A DNA stretch of 47,069 nt. It comes from a virus (taxonomy: Duplodnaviria; Caudoviricetes). Of this stretch, positions 7,724 through 14,828 are shown piece by piece (position 1 is the stretch's first letter; each line of letters opens with the position of its first letter). The DNA lies in IMG/VR virus record IMGVR_UViG_3300011116_000483, positions 1 through 47,069 of that record; one strand, 5' to 3'. Below the pieces are notes generated by a model. It made no database searches and was not told the origin of the DNA. It was given only the letters and a program-made list of their open reading frames with translations. The position numbers and the translations under genes were made by a program.

Positions 7724-7989
7724 TCTGTCTCCTTGTTTTCTTGTGTAGCGATGAAATCTAGCAATACTGCCTCGGCGTCACGGTTGGCGTCTTGGTCAGA
7801 GTAGAGTTCTGTCCACTCTAAGACATCACCGAACCTGTCAGCAGGGAACACTAACACTGCTTGGTCAGAAGCCTTAGCAACAATGACCCACTTGGTCAGG
7901 CCTCGCTTGGCCTGAACTCTGAATGGCAGTTCCCAATGACTCGCATCGGTCAGCCATCCGTCAAGTTTTTTGATGAAAATTACTTCCAT
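7720..7989 (-). CDS. hypothetical protein
   Basis: SD caggagg before MEVIFIKK. Confidence 0.7.
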   Translation of the reverse strand: MEVIFIKKLDGWLTDASHWELPFRVQAKRGLTKWVIVAKASDQAVLVFPADRFGDVLEWTELYSDQDANRDAEAVLLDFIATQENKETE

Positions 7990-8006
7990 GTTACCTCCTG
8001 TTGTGT

Positions 8007-8017
8007 TCATCCTAGCA
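8007..8017 (-). promoter_or_regulatory. extended -10 promoter for the recombination genes
   Basis: Minus strand TGCTAGGAT (TGnTAnnnT), about 20 nt upstream of the ATG at 7989. Confidence 0.5.
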
Positions 8018-8133
8018 CCACGATGGTGATAGGTGTATGATGGTAGTGCGATTAGGGGTGTCTGCACTGTCCGTTTTGGCGGTGCCTAGAGCGTTCTCCC
8101 TACAGGCTCCACCCCTAATCGCTTCTCCCTTAG

Positions 8134-8463
8134 TTACGCATCCTCACGGTGACGTGCGTAGATGTCCCACTTGCCTTGTGGCGTCGTCTCGTCCTGTCCC
8201 CACACCACTTCCAATTCTGGATAGCGCTTGCGTAGGTAGTAGACGGTCGTTCGTGAACTTGCTGCTCGTTGCAAGAGCAACCATCTGCCCTTGTTCTGCG
8301 CCATTGCTGCCAATTTAGGTTGCAGCGTGTTGCGCCTGTCAGTGCTGGCCGGGGGGTTAGTTACCCATTCCAATGTTTTCTCCTTGCTATCCTTGATGCC
8401 GAATGACACCCTAGAGGGCTGTCCCTCTAGGCTGCCATCCAACTGATGTTGGATGACTACCAC
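8134..8463 (-). CDS. hypothetical protein
   Basis: 109-aa ORF in the operon. Confidence 0.7.
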   Translation of the reverse strand: MVVIQHQLDGSLEGQPSRVSFGIKDSKEKTLEWVTNPPASTDRRNTLQPKLAAMAQNKGRWLLLQRAASSRTTVYYLRKRYPELEVVWGQDETTPQGKWDIYARHREDA

Positions 8464-8466
8464 ACT

Positions 8467-8682
8467 CTACCACAACTTCTTGCCCACTCGGTACAACACG
8501 CTGCCCACCAGCCACCCTACCACAAACCAGAGTGGATATGTCCACAGGTGCCAGTGTGTTGGATGCGCCTTGTAGTACTCAGGCGTGACATGTAACACGT
8601 CTGCCGTAGGGTTGTCGTGCATGAACGCAAAGGTCACGAACGTCAACGCTGTAGCAAACCTCACTCCGTTGCCCCGTATCAT
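8467..8682 (-). CDS. two-TM membrane protein, paralog of 8975..9184
   Basis: YY...WHLWTYPLWFVVGWLVG. Confidence 0.7.
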   Translation of the reverse strand: MIRGNGVRFATALTFVTFAFMHDNPTADVLHVTPEYYKAHPTHWHLWTYPLWFVVGWLVGSVLYRVGKKLW

Positions 8683-8966
8683 CAGTAGTCCTCGGGCAGT
8701 AACAGTGTGGTCACTGACCTGTCGGCCTCGGTGATAATCCAGAACTTGATGCCCTGCACCTTGTATGACGAAAGCAACCTACCCCCGTGCTTGAGAGAAT
8801 CGTCGTTGAGTGCCTTGTCCTCATCGCAAAGGTCGCCCCAGTCACCTGACTCATGGCGGTGTAGTGCTTCGTGCAAATCCGATATTGCTTTGCGGTCATC
8901 ATCGTGGCGGAAAACCTGTTCCGCCAAGTTTCTCGTGATGACAACTTGTCCTAGTTCCACTCTCAA
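8682..8966 (-). CDS. conserved plasmid/phage protein (GDWGD...ED...N family)
   Basis: LGQVVIT...HESGDWGDLCDEDKALND...GGRLLSSY...FWIITEADRSVTTLLLPEDY; TTG start after aggag. Confidence 0.85.
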   Translation of the reverse strand: MRVELGQVVITRNLAEQVFRHDDDRKAISDLHEALHRHESGDWGDLCDEDKALNDDSLKHGGRLLSSYKVQGIKFWIITEADRSVTTLLLPEDY

Positions 8967-8974
8967 TGTGTCTC

Positions 8975-9184
8975 CTATCTCTTGTTTGTCTTGATGCTGC
9001 TGATGATTGCCCCGGCTATCCACCCACCCAGCCCCCAGAGGGGGTAGGTGAGTATGTGCCAGTCCGGACCTTGTGGCCCGTAGTAGTGGGGGTGGTCATG
9101 CTGTAGGGCTACGAGAACCCCCAGCATTGCCCCCCACACCCTTGCTAGCAACATGCGTTGAGGTGGGTCGTAACCGTGCCTCAA
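8975..9184 (-). CDS. two-TM membrane protein
   Basis: YY...WHILTYPLWGLGGWIAG. Confidence 0.7.
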   Translation of the reverse strand: MRHGYDPPQRMLLARVWGAMLGVLVALQHDHPHYYGPQGPDWHILTYPLWGLGGWIAGAIISSIKTNKR

Positions 9185-9441
9185 ATCTTGCCTCGCATGA
9201 TTGCTACCTGTTCTTTGGTGAACCTCTCAATGGTGCTGTCTGCTCTGAGTTGCCTGATGAGCACGACCACACCCTCGTCTAGGTTGTTGAGCCAGTCAGT
9301 CTCCTTGAATCCCTTGTCCGGGTTCCAGCGCTGCTTGGCGTCAGCGATGAGGTAGTCCTCCAACCTGTCTGCTGCAATGAGCAGGGTGGTCATAAAGGAC
9401 TTGACCTCATCCATCACTTCGTCTCTCTTGGACTTAGCCAT
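9181..9441 (-). CDS. hypothetical protein
   Basis: SD ggagg before MAKSKRD. Confidence 0.7.
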   Translation of the reverse strand: MAKSKRDEVMDEVKSFMTTLLIAADRLEDYLIADAKQRWNPDKGFKETDWLNNLDEGVVVLIRQLRADSTIERFTKEQVAIMRGKI

Positions 9442-9443
9442 GC

Positions 9444-10313
9444 TTAGTCCTCCTCCCACGTCGTGACGCCGACCTCAAGGTCGAACCCACCGGCGAGGCA
9501 GAAATCGTCCTCGTCGTCCTGTTCTGCAACGTCTACACGACATCCGATACACGTCCACGTCCCACAGACTGAACACGCACCACAGGCTTCACAGACACCT
9601 GTCAGGTCAATGTCGTCCTCCTCCCCGCAAAACGCGCAACCCTCTTCTTGTGCGAGCCACCACTGCTTGTCTGCAACGGAGGCCTCAGGGTTGGCCGGTA
9701 CTGTGCTGTCGTCTTGCCATTTCCACCCCGTAGAGGTGAGGTAGGCAGGTGCTCGAACTGCATCACAGGATGAGTTAGAGAACCACACGTTGTCAGCGCT
9801 CCACGTCCCCAGTTTCTCTCCCAGAATCGTGAGAGGGTAGGGCGCAGTTGCCGAGACAATGGCAATCTTGGAATACTCCTCGGTGACAAACTCGTCAACC
9901 GTGGTGAACGCAGGCCCGGCTACTGAGAGGGCGTCTGCGCCCAAAGGCCAGATTACCTTCTCGGCGTAGTATTCTGAATCCACACGCCCCACAGGGGTGT
10001 TGATGTGCAGGATACCGTTGTGAGCCAATGCTGACTGCCCGTCAGGGCTGATGAATGGGTGGCAGTTCTCTTCGATGACCCGTCCGTGGGTGGCAATTCT
10101 CGCGTGCCAAATCCACGCTTCGATTTTGCCGTCGTTCCACAATTGGATGAGTTCCTGAGAAATCTCCCAGCCATTCTTGACAGACTTGCGGTAGATGAGT
10201 TGACCGTCAGTAGTGACGGCTGCCCAGCCACAACCGTCAGGGTTGTTCCGCAGGCCATTCTTTACTTCTGACTCGGTGATAATTCCCGAGTCGCTAGCGA
10301 CTAGTACGCACAT
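9444..10313 (-). CDS. class II (Ntn) glutamine amidotransferase with C-terminal Zn ribbon
   Basis: Met-Cys N-terminus, NPDGCG, HARIATHG, NCHPF, AHNG, DSE, WFSN. Confidence 0.9.
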   Translation of the reverse strand: MCVLVASDSGIITESEVKNGLRNNPDGCGWAAVTTDGQLIYRKSVKNGWEISQELIQLWNDGKIEAWIWHARIATHGRVIEENCHPFISPDGQSALAHNGILHINTPVGRVDSEYYAEKVIWPLGADALSVAGPAFTTVDEFVTEEYSKIAIVSATAPYPLTILGEKLGTWSADNVWFSNSSCDAVRAPAYLTSTGWKWQDDSTVPANPEASVADKQWWLAQEEGCAFCGEEDDIDLTGVCEACGACSVCGTWTCIGCRVDVAEQDDEDDFCLAGGFDLEVGVTTWEED

Positions 10314-10348
10314 AGGCGTTCCTCCCTTGTTTGATGGATATTGATGGT

Positions 10349-10410
10349 ATCTGATGATACCCTGCTGCCCACCACCGCAGGGGCGGTGGACAGTATGGCT
10401 ACCTACAGAT
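10349..10410 (-). repeat. conserved intergenic hairpin, copy A (copy B 10695..10753, copy C 11032..11087)
   Basis: Stem - G(G/T)TAGC - 7-bp stem - TGG - stem' - GGT, each followed by ACAAGGGAG and a start codon. Confidence 0.7.
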
Positions 10411-10415
10411 GGGTG

Positions 10416-10667
10416 CTACTGAGTTTCGACGTTGCGTGCTGCATGGTAATTCAGTGCTTCGAGCAACTCACGATTGCAATTAATCGCTGAGCCGATTGCC
10501 TCAAGCGCTTGGTCGTGCAGTCTCTTGAAATGCACGTCAACTAGGCACTGATACGAAACGTCAATGTAATGCTGCTGCAAGCGGTCATCCACGATTTCAC
10601 AGACTCTAATAGCCTCTGCAAAATCGGCGTTGCTGATATTACGGGTACTACGGGTGGCATCGGTCAT
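10416..10667 (-). CDS. hypothetical early protein
   Basis: Start follows the AAACAAGGGAG motif. Confidence 0.7.
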   Translation of the reverse strand: MTDATRSTRNISNADFAEAIRVCEIVDDRLQQHYIDVSYQCLVDVHFKRLHDQALEAIGSAINCNRELLEALNYHAARNVETQ

Positions 10668-10767
10668 GCCTGTCTCCCTTGTTTGATGGATGGTACTACG
10701 GTTAGTACCCAGCATCCTACCACACGGATAGGATGGAGGCTAACAACTGTAGCGGTTGTTACAGTGA

Positions 10768-11007
10768 CTACGACAGGCGAACCGCTAGTTTAATCGGTCC
10801 ATTGCCGGGATAGTCAACCGTTTCGACGTCGCACCCTTCGGATAAGAACGCTGAGCGAACTATGCGAGGGCCGAACCCGACAACACACGAGACGATTACG
10901 TTTTCATCGTCAATAATCTCAACGTTCGTAGCGTAATCGGCTGCGTCGTAGTGTTGCAGAATGTCCCATGCGTACGTTTCTGTCGTGGTTTTGAGTGTTT
11001 CTGTCAT
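10768..11007 (-). CDS. hypothetical early protein
   Basis: Start follows the ACAAGGGAG motif. Confidence 0.7.
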   Translation of the reverse strand: MTETLKTTTETYAWDILQHYDAADYATNVEIIDDENVIVSCVVGFGPRIVRSAFLSEGCDVETVDYPGNGPIKLAVRLS

Positions 11008-11098
11008 TGTTTTCTCCCTTGTGTTTGGTGCTTGTTGACACCATCCTCCCCACCACCGCTAAGCGGTGGGGAGTGTGCTACCAACAAACTGCGGTGGA

Positions 11099-12373
11099 CT
11101 AGATGTCCAACTCAGTCGTCACGGTTTTCGTCTCAGTGACGGTGAACCGTTGACCTGCCCACACTTGTCCGGCCAGAGGGTAGTTCAGGGCTAGGAACCT
11201 TGCCCAGTCGTGCTTGAGAGCAAGACGGTCAGCGTGGCTCTTAAACCGTGGCTTGCGAGTGAACTCGCAGGCTGCTGCTACCAGTTCGATGTCACCTAGC
11301 AACCGGTCAGTTGCGAGGGTACTACGAAAGATTCTGACCTCCACTGTGTGATTCCGGAGCGATACCGCATCGCTGTGGTTGCTCCCAGAGGTGCCTTGCG
11401 CCTTACGCTTGAGACGACGGAGGCCGTCGAAATCAGCGTAGTGGCAGTCACGCCCTGCTGCTCGTGTCCAGTCTGCCCGGAGAGTCCGGAACAGGTGGAG
11501 GAATCGGAGCAGGTGATACTCGCTGTCGAAAGACTCACGGTCAATGTGAACGTGAATTCCAACAGGGTGCAGGTCAGTGTTCCTGTCCCATGCTCGCACC
11601 CCACGGGACGTGAGTTCCGTGAAAGCGTTGATGAGCAGTGAGCGGTTACTGTGCCACACTTCCAGCGACAACGGTTGCGAGGTAATTTCGTAGCCGTTGT
11701 GCAGTGAGCCGTCGTGAGTAATCCAGATTCCGCCGTCAAGGTCAGCGAGGAGTTCGTAGGTGTCGTGTGCATTGGTCGCAACGTCCGTGCGACTGTCAGC
11801 ATTTTCGACCTCAATTTCCACGCCGAACTTGGAGCCGGTTCCGATAGGCGTCCAGCCCTGTGGAGGGATGGAGCCGTAGGAGTGGATGGCTGCTGCTGTG
11901 CACTGGTCATCTTCACTGTCGTGGTACTCGTCGCACTCTTCACAGTAAGCGAACCGGTCATCCCAGCACGTCTCGCAGTAAGAGTTGCCCCAGTCCGTGT
12001 AGCGTAGAGTGCTAGCACGTTGAGACTGTGCTTGTGAACAGCCCTCGCAGAATTCTGCGTAGTTGTCCGCACACGACTCGCACCACTCTTCAGTTGAGTG
12101 AACATAGTGGCGACTTACCCTGACGGTAATCGTCGAGTCCTGAGAGAATTCCTCGCAGTGCTCGCAGAAGTGAGCCTCTCTGTCACGACACGACTCGCAC
12201 CACTCGTCGTAGTCCACCGTGGTCAGGCCGTCTACCGTCCACTCGTCGCAGTTATCGCATTTCTCACGTCCGGACGACGAGTCGTCCTGAACCTTGAGTA
12301 GTGCGAGAGCGAGAATATCGGGAGCGTAACCCGTAGCCTCAATGAACGTATCGATGTTGAGTTCGTTGCTCAT
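11099..12373 (-). CDS. putative amidoligase (COOH-NH2 ligase) with N-terminal CxxC repeats
   Basis: FGVEIEVE, HDGSL..GYEITSQP, GIHVHI, TVEVRIF; multiple CxxC pairs. Confidence 0.88.
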   Translation of the reverse strand: MSNELNIDTFIEATGYAPDILALALLKVQDDSSSGREKCDNCDEWTVDGLTTVDYDEWCESCRDREAHFCEHCEEFSQDSTITVRVSRHYVHSTEEWCESCADNYAEFCEGCSQAQSQRASTLRYTDWGNSYCETCWDDRFAYCEECDEYHDSEDDQCTAAAIHSYGSIPPQGWTPIGTGSKFGVEIEVENADSRTDVATNAHDTYELLADLDGGIWITHDGSLHNGYEITSQPLSLEVWHSNRSLLINAFTELTSRGVRAWDRNTDLHPVGIHVHIDRESFDSEYHLLRFLHLFRTLRADWTRAAGRDCHYADFDGLRRLKRKAQGTSGSNHSDAVSLRNHTVEVRIFRSTLATDRLLGDIELVAAACEFTRKPRFKSHADRLALKHDWARFLALNYPLAGQVWAGQRFTVTETKTVTTELDI

Positions 12374-12605
12374 GGCAATTTCTCCCTTGTTTGTTTGTTT
12401 GTTGCACTCTCAATGCCGGGATATGCTCCGGACAATTGCCACTAGGTGGCGACGTGCCTACACTTGAGAGTAGTGGGAGGGTAGGGCTATGACACCCCTA
12501 GCACCTACGCTTGAGACGTACTACGGACATCCCGGACGGCATCCCGTCCTAAGGCGTCCACCGTCTACCGGTAGCGCTCCCCCCCCTAACAAGGGGAGGT
12601 TTTTT

Positions 12606-12624
12606 ATTCAGTTGTCAAGGTACT
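12606..12624 (-). promoter_or_regulatory. boxA-like antitermination motif, copy 1
   Basis: Minus strand AGTACCTTGACAACTGAATA resembles the extended rrn boxA of Gram-positive bacteria. Confidence 0.55.
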
Positions 12625-12845
12625 CGCACCGTACCGCTTGAGTTTTGTTATCGGCACTACTAGGCATCCCGGACGGCATCCCGTCCCGTGGCGACTAGCC
12701 GACTCAACCGGCCATAGTTAGAACCTCTCACTAGGTGCCACTGACTACCGTCGCAGTAGTGGCGGTGCCGTAACTGCCGTCGCAGTAGTGGCGGTGGCAG
12801 TGGGTGCCTAATGCCGTCGCAGTAGGAACCCGGTGCCGGGAGAGG

Positions 12846-12863
12846 TTCAGTTGTCAAGGTACT
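12846..12863 (-). promoter_or_regulatory. boxA-like motif, copy 2
   Basis: Identical 18-mer AGTACCTTGACAACTGAA. Confidence 0.55.
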
Positions 12864-12934
12864 TGCCGAAATTGCAACCGGGCGCCTGCATCGTCTCCGA
12901 TGCGGTGAGGCTAGGCCGGTTTCGGCATGACGAC

Positions 12935-12945
12935 AACGTAGCACA
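12935..12945 (-). promoter_or_regulatory. probable early-operon extended -10 promoter
   Basis: TGTGCTACGTT directly upstream of the structured leader. Confidence 0.5.
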
Positions 12946-12999
12946 CGTCCTAGAACGTTGTTGACCGATACCGTGAAACCCTAGTAATCCCTTGGCATT

Positions 13000-13330
13000 C
13001 TCAGTTTCGACCTTAGTGTCAACGGTACTGACAATTGTTTCTAGCCCTAGTTAGTGAGTGACACTTGCAAGGCGTCCCTAGGTGGCACTTGGTGGCACTT
13101 AGTGAGGATGACTAACAAGGGTTAGTAAGTGAGAGTTGCAAGCGGTTGCAAGTGAGAATGACAACGTGCAAGTGAGAGTCACAAAGTGCTAGCCATGCTA
13201 CATACTTATGCACTTGCCTGCATAATCATGCAGACTGCATGGTGTGCATAATTATGCGCTTGTTTGCATAATATACAGGTCAGGAATGGCGGAATCGACC
13301 GGGGGTGTGCCCTCGGGGGGGGGTTTCTAT
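13000..13330. other. low-complexity repeat tract ending in G-runs; possible genome terminus/pac region
   Basis: Repeated TTGCAAG, GTGAGA and TGCATA, then GACCGGGGG...G9, lying between the divergent operons upstream of terminase. Confidence 0.4.
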
Positions 13331-13457
13331 GTTATGTTAAAGACCCATTCATACATCCGCTCATTCTACGCTCACTGTATAACCACAGCGTGCCATGAGA
13401 GGTCCCTGAGATTCGTTCTAAGCCACGCTAACATTAAACGCTCGTAACGACATCACC

Positions 13458-13515
13458 ATATGTTTTTTATATATATAAATAAAAATAACTATAACTATAA
13501 ACACTTACTCTTTAG
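13458..13515. other. AT-rich patch, candidate origin unwinding element
   Basis: TGTTTTTTATATATATAAATAAAAATAACTATAACTATAA in an otherwise GC-balanced genome. Confidence 0.5.
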
Positions 13516-13539
13516 TAGGTAACTGGAACGCACTCACGC

Positions 13540-13826
13540 TTCGCTTAGAGTTATCCCAACTTCCTCGGTACTGTTTTTTACGAGGGTTGTTCCCTCGGCA
13601 TGACTCATCACATGCTCAGACCCGCATCCATCCGCGGTCCCCTTCCCAGCAGCATTAGGAGAGTGGCTACTGACAACGGGGTCCCGGCCTAGTGGGACAT
13701 AGAGGCAGTTACCCATCTGACGGGGATACTCCCTTACTAGGGGAGGTCGGCGCTACCGTTGCTCTTGCCTTTCGGCGCTAAGTGGGACTCTAAGTTGTGG
13801 GCCTTCTCCAAGGCCAAGTAGTTCGG
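13540..13826 (-). ncRNA. candidate ~300-nt structured non-coding RNA
   Basis: Long-range closing stem, about 8 hairpins, GAAA tetraloop on the minus strand, two loop-mediated complementarities, upstream TGGTAGTGT. Confidence 0.65.
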
Positions 13827-13878
13827 TATGTACACACTACCATATCCAAGGCCACCACAATACCATCTATGGTATGGT

Positions 13879-14133
13879 CATGACATGGACACCTTTGTGA
13901 ATGACATCCGGGCTTCGGTTGAGAAGCATATCACCGATGCGGGACCACCCGACGCAGCCATGCCATATCTGCTGCATTGGGTTGTTACCTTCTCAGTGGG
14001 CGACATGGATAACGAGGGTGTGGTCTACATTCGTTCGGTTACTCCCAAGGGCCAGCCACAGTACGTTACCAACGGGCTGATGAACGAGGCGTACGAAATT
14101 ATTAGCACGCAACATCTTCCTGACGAAGATTAG
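13879..14133 (+). CDS. hypothetical protein (homolog of 1417..1692); start at 13879 or 13885 uncertain
   Basis: MDTFVND...LLHWVV...GQPQYVTNGLM; TGGTATGGT -10 just upstream. Confidence 0.6.
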   Translation, partial: HDMDTFVNDIRASVEKHITDAGPPDAAMPYLLHWVVTFSVGDMDNEGVVYIRSVTPKGQPQYVTNGLMNEAYEIISTQHLPDED

Positions 14134-14198
14134 TGTGCTAAAGTAAACCAGCCGGGAGGGGGGGAACCCCTCCGCAGGCACCATTCAAGGGAGGAAGT

Positions 14199-14567
14199 AT
14201 GGCTACAGTGTCAGTCGTCGGCAACGTCGTCCGTGACCTAGAACTTCGGTTCGGTACTAACGGTGGTACGGCGTATGTCAAATTCAGTATTGCATGTAAC
14301 CGCAAGAAGAAGCGTGGCGATGAGTGGGAAGAAATCACTTCCTTCTTTGACGTTGTGTGCTTTGGAGACATGGCGGAAAACGCTGCTGCATCGCTGAACA
14401 AGGGAACTCGTGTGTTGGTCACCGGCCAACTTGATGTTACCAACTGGGAAAAAGACGACAAGAAGGGTACGTCGGTTCAGATTACCGCCGACGAAATCGG
14501 ACCGTCGCTCAAGTTTGCCACTGCAAGTGTCACTCGCAACGCATCGAACAGTCAGGAGGCCTTCTAA
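14199..14567 (+). CDS. ssb: single-stranded DNA-binding protein
   Basis: VVGNVVRDLELRF...FFDVVCFG.MAEN...KGTRVLVTGQL...ADEIGPSLKFATA (actinobacterial type). Confidence 0.95.
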   Translation: MATVSVVGNVVRDLELRFGTNGGTAYVKFSIACNRKKKRGDEWEEITSFFDVVCFGDMAENAAASLNKGTRVLVTGQLDVTNWEKDDKKGTSVQITADEIGPSLKFATASVTRNASNSQEAF

Positions 14568-14821
14568 TGGCTGAATTTGAATTGACAGAAGAAACTTCTA
14601 TTCGTTACATGGAACTGCAAGACATCTTTGCAGCCCTTGACGAGGAGTTGGCGCAGCAGGCTTTGCGCCTTGACGAAGATGTACGCATCACCGAAGAAGA
14701 ACTCCATGACCTTTTGAGGGAATGGGTTGTTGCTCGCGTCGAAGTGTACGAATGGGTCAAGAAGTCACTCGAACAGGAATACCCAGTTAACGAGGAAATT
14801 CAGGAATCTGAGGTAGAATAG
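14567..14821 (+). CDS. acidic hypothetical protein
   Basis: TAATG-coupled to ssb. Confidence 0.7.
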   Translation: MAEFELTEETSIRYMELQDIFAALDEELAQQALRLDEDVRITEEELHDLLREWVVARVEVYEWVKKSLEQEYPVNEEIQESEVE

Positions 14822-14828
14822 TTGCCTA

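Noticed and set aside
10351-10410. Hammerhead ribozyme (CTGATGA on the plus strand)
   Set aside because: No GAAA core after the stem, and it is antisense to the operon
12748-12826. Mini-CRISPR array (three CCGTCGCAGTAG repeats)
   Set aside because: Repeats and spacers are too short and irregular; better explained as hairpins within the leader
13540-13600. RNase P or tmRNA identity for the structured RNA (GAGGAAGT on the minus strand)
   Set aside because: The motif is imperfect, lies at the wrong end and lacks its P4 partner; no tRNA-like ends
12660-13716. ORF-track entries 12660..12944, 13244..13447 and 13534..13716
   Set aside because: No SD, atypical composition, and they overlap repeated or structured non-coding elements
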